Assembly: GCF_048593235.1 (NCBI RefSeq)
Contig: NC_133617.1
Span: forward strand, 524,500,958 to 524,564,957
DNA length: 64,000 nt
Direction: 5' to 3'
Source: Sminthopsis crassicaudata
Taxonomy: Eukaryota
The notes beneath the pieces are model-generated. The model was not told the DNA's origin and searched no databases. It worked only from the letters and a program-made list of their open reading frames with translations. Within the stretch, counting starts at the first letter, position 1; the number at the start of each line of letters is the position of its first letter. The position numbers and the translations under genes are program-made. Below are positions 1 through 9,930 of the stretch, one piece after another.

Positions 1-489
1 TTTATTCTAAAGTGATCACTGATGCCCCCTGTTGAGTTCTACTCGTTTCAATGAGTCAGAGTTCCTCCTTATGGGCACTTTTCTACTAGATTCACAGTCT
101 CCCCTGGTAACCTCATTGCTTCAGAGCCAGCTCAGCCATTTCAGATTAAGTCTAATAGGGTAGAACGGTTAATCTTCTGCCTCATAAAGCAGACTGATAG
201 TATTTAGCCATGATTCTTGACAAACCATCGCCACTAGGTAACAAAAGCCAAGAAGACTTCACTATAAAGATAAAAATTGTTTAAAACTAAGTCTTTATTT
301 TTTTGACCTTATGGATTGGGAATCAGAGTTTTCTGTTAATCATAATTAGTAATTATAATTAATTATCTAGATTATTTATCAGATAATTATCGAGCTTCAG
401 ATTCAGTTTAATACACTTCCAATATCCTTTCTGACCTCACTTCAAATGAATTGGGTCAGAAACAAAGGCAGGCTAAAGAAACAAAATCA

Positions 490-648
490 GGGGCAGCTAG
501 GTGGCGCAGTGGACAGAGCACCAACCCTGAATTCAGGAGGACCCGAGTTCAAATTTGGTCTCAGACACTTAACACTTCCTAGCTGTGTGACCCTGGGCAA
601 GTCACTTAACCCCAGCCTCAGAAAAAGGGGAAAAAAAAAAAAAGGGAC
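490..648 (+). mobile_element. Young marsupial CORE-SINE (WSINE1-like) with A-tail
   Basis: GGGGCAGCTAGGTGGCGCAGTGG head, GAGTTCAAAT B-box, CTGTGTGACCCTGGGCAAGTCACTTAA core and poly(A). Candidate TSD ACAAAATC at 481-488 and 649-656. Confidence 0.85.
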
Positions 649-832
649 ACAAAATCGGTGGCTTCTACCCACCTAGACTGAATTCTTGTCTACAGTTGTA
701 ATGACCAAACTTGGCTTCTACCTTTCATTGAAGACATTGGAAGTATAGGTGTGGGATATTGCATAAATTATCTAATAAAATTGATGTGTTGGGTTTCAGG
801 AGAAGGGCATACTTGTAAAAAGAAGTGAGACA

Positions 833-930
833 TATATGTTTGTGTGTGTATACACACATATATATACATGTGTGTTTATACACATATATGTATATATTAT
901 ATATGTATATTTACATACATATATATATAA
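833..930. repeat. Mixed (TA)n/(TG)n/(CA)n low-complexity tract
   Basis: Alternating TA/TG/CA dinucleotides read directly. Confidence 0.8.
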
Positions 931-1079
931 CAAAAATTTTTTTAAAAGCATAGTTGAGTTCATCTGGACTGGCAGAGGGTAAAGGTTACCCGAATTCTCA
1001 GAATCAGAGGTATGAATAGCAAAGACTTGAAGAATCTGGGTGCTTAGCCAGCAGTCTCAGTTTCCTCTTTCACTTTCAG

Positions 1080-1543
1080 GATTCTTCACAAAGCGCATGT
1101 TTGCTTCTGTAAAGACTCTTCCTACAATGATGTGGAAACGCCTCTCAACTAAGAAAAATACAATCTTGGATAATCTCAAAGAAACTTTGAAAAGCCCAGC
1201 AAAGAGTCAAGTTTTAAAAAACTTTGAGGAAGAGATTCAGAAGAAAGTCAAGGATTTCCAGGATTCCTATAAAAAGCGTTTCTGTGGGCATACTACTGCC
1301 CTGGGTGGACTTGTGGGGGCTGGAATTTTGGCATTGGCTGGTGGTATAGTGGGAGTTGGTGTGGCAGCCAGTGTTTTGAGTGTGGAGGCTGCAGCTGTGG
1401 CCACAGGAGCCACTGTAGGTGCCACAGTGGCTGGAGGTGGCATAGGGGCTGGCATTGGGGCTGCTGTGGGTAAGGCCGAGGGTAGGGGAATAGCTCCTGA
1501 AGAGGAAGAGAAAGATCTTCTTCTCAAGGATGATGATGAATGA
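1080..1543 (+). CDS. Terminal coding exon of an RNF112 (neurolastin/ZNF179)-like GBP/atlastin-family GTPase; upstream exons lie outside the window
   Basis: Pyrimidine tract plus CAG acceptor at 1077-1079, phase 1. Translation ..FFTKRMFASVKTLPTMM...DSYKKRFCGHTTALGGLVGAGILALAGGIVGVGVAA...GGGIGAGIGAAVG...EEEEKDLLLKDDDE* aligns with the recalled RNF112 C-terminus (ATKRIFSALRVLPDTM...DSYTMRFCGHLAAVGGAVGAGLMGLAGG...GGGVGAGLAATVG...REPLLQEE). Stop TGA at 1541-1543. Confidence 0.85.
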
Positions 1544-2861
1544 ACCCTGAAAACCAGATAGAAGAAAGGAGGGAGAGAGAGCGAGCAATGCAGTATCTTG
1601 TTTAATAGAATTAGGGAAATGGGATGGTGTCTAAGGTACTTTTGGGTATTTGAATCAGCAAATAAGAAGTGGACCCAGTTTTAATGACATAGCAGAAGGA
1701 AGCAGTGCTTAGGCCACATAAGATAAGATAGTTTTAGGGCCCATTTCATGGGCCTGCGTGGTCTGTCACTGATTTTATGACTTCTAGATTTGGTCTTCCT
1801 TGGTCTCCCCTCCTATTATTTACTGATAATTGATCCTTCCTCCTCCAAACTCAGGAGACGAGTTCACCTCTCCTCAGAAACTGACCACAGAACATTGTCC
1901 TGTATCAACTTGACTCCCTGAGGCCAGATAGGTCTTGACTGAAACAGGAATGTATGAATGGTCCACCTGACATCCAGCTGGATGAGCTTGGTCTGAGCTG
2001 AATGATTCCTAAAAGTACAAGATAGAGACTAGCCCCCAAATCCCAGGGAAATTTACTGATCACCATTAGCCTAGATCAGATAAAATCCCCAATCTAAATT
2101 TCATTGCTGAGGGATCAGGGAATCTATAGCATTTAGCTCACTGAAGAGTGAATGAAACCTACAATGGACTAAAGTGGGATGTCTATTTAAGAGAGAGGAA
2201 AGACAAAAATGATGGGCCAAATTATAGAGAGAGGGTGCCTCCTCCTACATAGTAACTGCCAGAGGACCATTCCAGCTCCTTCTCCTTAGCATTAAAGTAG
2301 CACATAGGGAGGCTAAAATCCTTGGTTTCAAATCCCATCTTTGTCATTAATCAACTGTGTGACTTTGAACAAAGCTCTTTATTTTTCTTAAATGACAAAT
2401 GAGGATCCTTCTCTTATCTGCTTCACAAGACTATTGTAAAGAACAAATATGAAAGAGCTTTATAAACTGTAGCATTCTAAGGAAGTGTCAAATCCACTTT
2501 GGTGGATTTTTCAGGTTGGGGTTAATTCAACTAGGAACAATAGCTATTGGCCGGTATTAGAGATCAAAGAATAATGGACTGAGTTTTGATCTGCAAGGAA
2601 TTGATAAGTAATTTGTGTGTTAAATATAAATAGAAACAAAATGATACAGTAGGGGGAAAAGATGACTTTGGATTCAAGAGATCTGAGATCAAATTCCACT
2701 TCTGATACTTATCTGTAATTTTAGCAAGAGTTATTTGACTTCTCTAAATTTTCTTAATAGTAAAATTAAGAGATTGGGATAGACGGCTTTCTAAGATTCC
2801 TTCCAACTCTAGATCTTTTATTCTATATTCAACATTGAACTGGATGTCTATGATATGAATG

Positions 2862-2867
2862 AATAAA
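2862..2867 (+). terminator. Candidate poly(A) signal of the RNF112-like gene
   Basis: AATAAA about 1.3 kb after the stop codon; use not verified. Confidence 0.3.
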
Positions 2868-2986
2868 TTTAAAAGCAGTACTTATTACATGCAAAATGCT
2901 GTGCTATGTTTTAGGATTAGAAACAGAAAAGCAAGAAAGGCTTGCATTTATTGAAATAGGCTATAGTGTCAAGAATTAGTCCTACT

Positions 2987-3130
2987 GAGGCAGCTAGGTG
3001 GCACAGTGGATAGAGCACCATCCCTGAAACCAGGAAGACCTGAGTTTAATTCTGGTCTCAGACACTTCCTAACTGTGTGATCCTAGGCAAGTCACTTAAT
3101 CCCAATTGCCTCAGCAAAAAGCAAAAAAAT
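2987..3130 (+). mobile_element. WSINE1-like SINE
   Basis: GAGGCAGCTAGGTGGCACAGTGG...GGCAAGTCACTTAATCCCAATTGCCTCAGC plus A-tail, flanked by AATTAGT(C/G)CTACT repeats. Confidence 0.85.
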
Positions 3131-3143
3131 AATTAGTGCTACT

Positions 3144-3370
3144 CAACATGACAAGTTTGGAAATATTTTTTAAAAGGATTGCATATATTTAAACCATGTC
3201 AACGTATTTGCTGTTTTGGGGAAGGAAAGGAGGGGAAAATTTTGGAAACAAAGTCTTATAAAAAAGAATGTTGAAAAATTACCTTTCTTTGTATATGGAA
3301 AAATAATATGCTATTTTAAAATAATATACTATTTTAAAAAATAAATATTGGTAAAGCTTTAAAAAAAAAG
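3144..3370 (+). mobile_element. LINE-1 3' tail fragment
   Basis: GGGGAAGGAAAGGAGGGGAAAATTTTGGAAAC...AATGTTGAAAAATTACC...A-rich tail, same motif set as the other L1 3' ends in the window. Confidence 0.65.
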
Positions 3371-4084
3371 AATTAGTGCTATTTCTTTAGATTCTCAGTG
3401 TACTGGCATTCACACTTTCTCTGTGCTTGCTCACTCTTCCCAATATGCTTTCATACTGGCAGATTTGTTTTGTTTTCCCAAAATGAGAAGGCTAGCCATG
3501 GCCTCCACTACATTGCTAGGTTCACTTTCAGGGAAAGGAAACTAAGAGTAACTTTGGTATACAGTAAAGACGCTCATGTTCATTCATCATTAAAGTTCCT
3601 TAGCCCCCACTAATGTTCTTTTCATTTGCACAAAATAACTCTTGGTTATTAAACATGAGATATTTACTAAATGAGAAAGCAAGAGTAACAATAATCATAA
3701 CATTTATTTTAAAAATCAACAGCAAGAGTAAGCCAAATATAATAGTCTACCTTTTAACCTGGATGATCCTCTCCAACCAATGCAAATAGTGTCCACAGTG
3801 GGAGTTGGCACATATTTATATAGATGAGCTTATATGCATGGGCAACTTATAGCTGGGGCTTTGATCACCTATATCTCTTTAGGGAATAGTGCACTAACCC
3901 AATACCTCCTGAATAAAACCAAAATCATTTCTCTCCTAGCTGTTCCCTTTTTATTCTTCACAACTATTCTGCTGGGCAGTTACTTCTTTGCTTCTCATGG
4001 GTCACTGAAGCTGTGTCACATTCTTTTGGCACATGATCAAATTCGACAGGATTTCACAAGTAGTATGCTTGTTTAGCAAAAATA

Positions 4085-4455
4085 TCTGCACAGTTCCTAA
4101 AAAATAGTTCTAAAGCAGCTGATGGTGCTATGAACTGATCCAACCATTTTGGAGAGCTATTTGGAACTATGCCCAAAGAGCAATCTAATTGTGCATACAA
4201 TACCACTCTAGGTCTGTGTTCTAAAGAGATCACAAAAAAAAGAAGAGATCCTACATGTACTAAAATATTTATAGCAGCTCTTTTTGTGGTAGCAAAGAGT
4301 TGGAAGTTGAGATGTCCATCGATTGGGGAATGGATGAACAAGTTGGGAATTTAATAGAACATTTCTGTGCTATAAAAAATAACAAGCAAATGGATTCCAG
4401 AAACACTTAGAAAAAACTTACATGGACTGATGCACAGTGAAATAAATAAAACCAG
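4085..4455 (+). mobile_element. LINE-1 ORF2 C-terminal fragment
   Basis: Translation CTKIFIAALFVVAKSWKLRCPSIGEWMNKL is typical of the L1 ORF2 C-terminus. Confidence 0.8.
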
Positions 4456-4544
4456 TGTCTTTCAAATCCTTAGACAAGTCTGTGTCTTCCTCAAATCTTT
4501 ATTTCTTCTCTTTTTCCTTTCCTTTTCTTTTTTTTCCTTGTTTG

Positions 4545-4848
4545 TTTGCTGAGGCAATTGGAGTTAAATGACTTGCCCAGGGTCACACAGCTAGGAAGTG
4601 TTAAGTGTCTGAGGCCATGGGGCAGCTAGGTGGCGCAGTGGATAGAGTGCCAGGCTTGAACTCGGGAGGACCAGAGTTCAAATCTAGTCTCAGAAACTTA
4701 ACACTTCCTAGCTGTGTGACCCTGGGCAAGTCACTTAACCCCAGCCTCCGCAAAAAAAAAAAAAAAAAAGTGTCTGAGACCAGATGTGAATTCAGCTCCT
4801 CCTGATTTCAGGGCTGGTACTCTAGCCATTACACCACCTAGCTGCTCC
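4545..4848 (-). mobile_element. Older antisense WSINE1-like SINE split by a nested SINE
   Basis: Antisense 3' half at 4545-4617 and 5' half at 4770-4848 join into one element when the insert is removed. Confidence 0.8.
4619..4769 (+). mobile_element. Young WSINE1-like SINE nested in a SINE
   Basis: Full head, core and poly(A). 15-bp TSD AAGTGTCTGAG(G/A)CCA at 4603-4617 and 4768-4782. Confidence 0.9.
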
Positions 4849-5399
4849 AGATCTTTGTTTCTTCTCAAGCAAATTTTGTTCTTCACACAAATGTTAATTT
4901 TCTTCCTCCTTTCCAATAACCAAAATGACTCTATTATAAAGGGATAGAATTTCCCATTAGTTTTTTCATCTTTATGTAGGCTGACTGGTTGGCCCAAGTG
5001 AGCAAGATAGGCTTACCTATTAGGCAAAAAAGAACCTTTCACCTCCCTAGATTGAGGCCTGACTCTCAGTTAGTTTCTATTTCAAGTTCTTTGCTTTACT
5101 TTTCCCATTAACTCACTCCAGCTCCAAAAGAGAGGAGTTGGGAGAACTTTGTTTTCCTTCTATTTCCATTCCTCCCTTAAGCATAGCTCTAAGATTTGAA
5201 AAGGAAAGTAAAAACTGCATTTCACCTACATAACCATTTCACCTACATTTCATTGCTGAAGGCTTTTTATCAGACTCTTGTCTTTAAGGAATCTGTCCCT
5301 GAACATTTTCTTTTCTTCTAAATGTATTAATTAAAAAGTTCCTACTTCATAAAAGTTTTAATTGGTCATTCAAAATGAGTTAATAAAGTCTCTATAGTT

Positions 5400-6420
5400 T
5401 ATTTTATTTAAATTTTTTATTGTTAAAAGCTTTTTATTTTCAAAACATATGCATAGATAATGTTCAACATTTACCTTTGCAAGACCTTCTTCCTCTCTTC
5501 TCCCCTAGACAATAAGTAAGCCAATATATGTTAAACATGTGCAGTTCTTCTATACATAGTTCCACAATTATCATGCTGCACAATAAAAATCCTTTTTGAG
5601 AAAAAAAGGACAAAAATGAGAAAAAACAAAATGCAAGCAAACAATAACCAAAAAAGTAAAAGTATTATGTTGTGATCCATACTCAGTTCCCACAATCCCC
5701 TCTCTGGGTGCAAGATGGCTCTCTCCATCACAAGATCTTTGGAACTGGCCTGAATCATTTCATTGTTGAAAAGAGCCATATTCATCAGAACTGATTATTG
5801 TATAATCTTGTTGTTGCTGTGAGCAATATTTTCTTGGTTCTACTCAGTTCACTTAGCATCAGTTCATGTAAGTCTCTCAAGTCCTCTTTGAAATCATCCT
5901 CCTGATCATTTCTTACAGAACAATAATATTCCATAACATTCATATGCCATAACTTATTCAGCCATTCTCCAAATGATGGGTATCCACTCAGTTTTCAGTT
6001 CCTTGATACTACAAAAAGAGCTACTACAAACATTTTTGCACATGTGGGTCTCTTTTTTTCTTCTCTATAATCTCTTTAGAATACAAGCCCAATAGAGACA
6101 CTGCTGGATCAAAGAGTATGCACAATTTGATAACCTTTTGGGTACAGTTCCATATTGATCTCCAGAATGGTTGAATCAGTTCATAACTATACCAACAATG
6201 CATCAGTGTCCCAGTTTTCCCACATCCCCTCCAATATTCATCATTATCTTTTCCTGTCTTCTTAGCCAATCATAGAAGTGTGTAGTGGTACCTCAGAGTT
6301 GTCTTAATTTACATTTTTCTGATCAATAGTGATTTAGAGTATTTTTTCATGACTACAAATAATTTTAATTTCTTCATCTGAAAATTTGTTCATATCCTTT
6401 GACCATTTATCAATTGGAGA
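5400..6420 (-). mobile_element. LINE-1 3' end (ORF2 C-terminus plus 3' UTR)
   Basis: Minus-strand ORFs 6024-6269 (EYWRGCGKTGTLMHCW..QPFWRSIWN..DPAVSLLGLY) and 5531-5785 match the L1 ORF2 end and 3' UTR; T-rich tail on the left. Confidence 0.85.
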
Positions 6421-7191
6421 ATAAGGCTTCTATAATTTAAATCAGCTTTCTTTCTCTGTTTGTTCTCCACCTCACTCAATCTCACCCTTCACATTTAAAT
6501 GAGCAGAACTAATACATATTTGATTTGGCCTAACTCTGTGGGTAACTATCTTGCTAAACATTAGCTTTCCAGCCGCAACTCAAAGACTTTCTCTTAATTA
6601 GCCAGTAGGTTTAATTCTTTTGCATTTTTATCTAGGGGCCTTAACAAACCCTGTAGTTATAAAGCATTTACCCCAAAAACATATTCTCCCATAAACTCAC
6701 TTAGAGACCAATACTGGCAAGAGTGGGTCTAAATTTAAAAGTACAATGTTAAGTGAGGCATTACATAGAGTGGATGAATAGGACCAAACCAATTCATGAC
6801 TGCAATATTACAAGGCTTTTATCTCCTTTCTCTTTTCAGAGGGTCCTCACAAAGCACATGGAGGCTTGTTTTTCAAGGAACAACTTTCCCTTCAGTCACT
6901 AAGCTGGTGGAGAGATTGTGCTCTCTTTAGTTGGAGTGTTACTTATATCTTTCAGCTAGGGCAGTCACTCTTAGTAAGGAACTGAGAGAGATTTCTTTCA
7001 TTTGCCTCTCTCAGAGCCTCAGATTTAAAACTGTTTGTCATCTCCATGCAGAAAAGATGAGAGAAGCTTGCCTCTCCTTTTGGCAAATCCTTCCTTCTCA
7101 AAATTTCATTCCCTTTTATGCCATTCTAAGATGCTTTAGGGTAATTAGTTTTAATTTGTCATTTTTTACCTCTTAGCTGTCTTTGAAAATC

Positions 7192-7237
7192 GTGTGTGTG
7201 TGTGTGTGTGTGAGTGTGTGTGTGTGTGTGTGTGTGT
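7192..7237. repeat. (TG)n microsatellite
   Basis: Read directly; one GA interruption. Confidence 0.95.
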
Positions 7238-7759
7238 ATTAAGAGACAAAGAGGTGAGTAAAGTTTTGTTATATTTTAAAATGTAAAAAATAGTGGCTTG
7301 TGAGCTGTACAAAAATAATAGGTATAAAAGAACCTAATTGTCTCTTGATCATAGTTTTCTAACCCCTGCCCTAGATGTGGATTCATTTTCTTGTTGACCT
7401 CTCAGACTCTTTCTAGCATGGGAAATATTTATTTTGTAACAGAAAGCTTTCTTTTTTACCTTCCAAAATATATCTTTTACCCTCCCTAGGCCTTGAGATT
7501 TTGCTGAAGTCTCACTGGGGCACTTTTCCTCACATTAATATAGTTTCTCATGAACACTGAAAAATCTTAAAACAATACTATGTAAAGAAATTAGAGTTCT
7601 ATTGGAAGGAAGGAGTCCTCTCAGCAAAGGGATTTATTGGAAAAAGAGACAAATGGTTGATTTCCATTTTGTCCCATCTTTTACATAAGGGATCAGTTAA
7701 GACAGAGAGCAGTTGAAATGAACGATCAGGGAGTGAACTTCTCCCTATAAGATTGGGAA

Positions 7760-7760
<1 letters not shown>

Positions 7761-7799
<39 letters not shown>
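7761..7799. repeat. (TG)n microsatellite
   Basis: Read directly. Confidence 0.95.
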
Positions 7800-7802
<3 letters not shown>

Positions 7803-9079
7803 CCTGTGCTTGAAAATTCCAAGTCAACCTCATCAACAAATTCTGATCTTACATCTTAGAAAGATGCTGGAATTTCCAGATCCTCTGATCCAGATCTTCT
7901 GGCTCCCCTATTATTGAGGAAAAGCCACTGGCCAATAGCTCAAAGTATGGAAAAGTTCAGCATGAGGAAGACACCCACTGGGATGCTGCACTCTCCCCTA
8001 TTGCTTCATTCTCAAGCACCCTCAAAGTCAAGTCTTTGATCATCATTATGTTTCTCAATGCCAACTTGAACCCAAAAGCTAGCCAAGTTTGTCTGAATTG
8101 CAACTGTCTGATTTCTTTAAAAGGGATACTATGCATAAAAGGAACAGAAGAATTGGTTAAGTTCTGTTCATTTTAATTCCTATATTTGGTGGCAAATACC
8201 TCTCCAAGTGAATGTTTCTGGAAAAGGACAAAGATCTGACACACAAAACTTATTTATCCAAATGAGATCACAAATATAGATTTGGGAGGGACCCAAGAAG
8301 CTAACTAGTTCAACCCACTCATTTCACTTAAAGTTATTTTTTTAAATAGCCAACCTATGGTCTCCTATTTTTAGGTGTAGAAACAGGGATTCTGCAAATT
8401 TCCAAGTCTGTATTCATTACAATGAGTATGGGGGGGGAAATTGGGGTGGCAGAGTGTTGCAGTTCACAAAGATGGTTTTCTATCTTCCCCCTACTATATA
8501 GAAGAGGCACTATCTTTGGTAAATTGGACTATATTAGAGACACCAAAATGTATTTGATGGAAAATCAAGTCATTACACATTATGTCTGATTCTAGGCCTA
8601 TGTTTTGCCATCTTTTAACATTGTAATTGGATTAGGAAGCAAAGGAGAGAAAAGGAAAGGGGAAGACAATCTGATTTACTTCCATGCCTGATTTTGGATC
8701 TGTTCTCATAAAGATAGAGACCAAAGTTAACTCTCATGGCTTCTATTGGATAATGAGAAACTTCTCCACAGATAATCATGAGCTCACACAAGGAGCAAAA
8801 GTATTAAAGTTTCTTCATGGCCTGAATTTTGATTCACTTCAAATCTCCTGAACCAGTCTCCAGATCCAAAAGCATGGGCTTTTTCCCTTTTGTATGTCAT
8901 GAATTGCTTTGGTTATCTAATGAAAACTTTTTCTCAAAATAACTTATTAAAAAATCATATTTGAAGGAAAGAATTAAATTCCAGTTAGAAATTAATGAAC
9001 TTTAAAATATAAATTTTCCCCAAGTTTGCTGAGCCTTAGAAAACTACCCACAAGTGTTTGGGGTCTACTTTCATGTTCA

Positions 9080-9930
9080 TGAACTCTGAAATTCCCTTAT
9101 TTGCTGGAAATCTGTTGTCAAAACCCTTCTCCCTCTTCATTGTAATCCCAAATTATTTTTCATTCTCACCATGACCTCCAATCCTTTTACCTCTCAATTC
9201 TTTACTGTACTATCACTCATGAATTAGCCATATTTCCTCCAATCCTCCTATTGACATCTTAATGGATCAATTCAACTCCAGACTATTTTCTTCTCTCAAG
9301 TCCCTTGCCCCCTTCATCCTATCACTGATTTTGACTTACAAAACCTTAGCCTTGAATAACTCCCACAATTTTCTGCCTTTGTCCCTCGCTGGGAAGTCAC
9401 CTAACTTGTTTGCCTCAGTTTCCTCATCTGTAAAATGAGCTGGAAAAGGAAATGGCAAACCATACAGCAAAGTATCTTTTCTGAGAAACCCCGAATGAGG
9501 AACTGGACATGACTGAACAATTAAACTGGAGAAAATCACAAAGCTATGCTGACTGTTTTTGTTTTGTCATATCCAACTCTTTGAGACTCCATTTGTGGTT
9601 TTCTTGGCAAAGATATTGCTGTGATTTTCCATTTCCTTCTCCAGCTGACTGAGTCCAACTACAAATTTGTTACATTATATCAACTGAGACCACACTGTAA
9701 CAAGACAATTCTTTTATATAAGCCTCCTTGATTGAATCAGTATTCCATTCACCACAGTAGCTTTTCCAAAACTTTTCATCCATTCTCAAATCTTCCATGA
9801 CTTCTCTTCGCCCCCTCCACCTTCTCAGCTTTCACTTCACTGAAAAAATATTGAGATCATTTGCAAAGAGCTCCCTATTCTCCCTGCTTCATTTCACACC
9901 ACTGCAATACTCTCTTCTTCATCCCTGTCT
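9080..9930 (+). mobile_element. Degraded L2 LINE segment interrupted by MAR1-type SINE pieces (about 9390-9660)
   Basis: CT-rich L2-like text (TCAATTCAACTCCA...CCCTTGCCCC, CTTCACTGAAAAAATATTGAG) around the MAR1 tail GCCTCAGTTTCCTCATCTGTAAAATGAGCTGGAAAAGGAAATGGCAAACCA. Recognised by eye. Confidence 0.55.

Noticed and set aside
446-676. 76-aa ORF upstream of the RNF112-like exon
   Set aside because: Mostly a SINE read-through; no similarity to the recalled penultimate RNF112 exon.
1855-1920. CAG acceptor followed by DEFTSPQK, resembling RNF112 PGFTSPDE
   Set aside because: Only a 4-residue match, it lies downstream of the terminal exon and a stop follows; chance is likely.
3398-4076. Hydrophobic short ORFs on both strands, considered as a chemoreceptor (T2R/V1R/OR) pseudogene
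   Set aside because: No diagnostic motif could be identified; AT-rich DNA readily gives hydrophobic translations. A tBLASTx search would settle it.
4169-4354. ORFs 4169-4354, 6024-6269 and 21684-21884 as host genes
   Set aside because: They are L1 ORF2 C-terminal debris.
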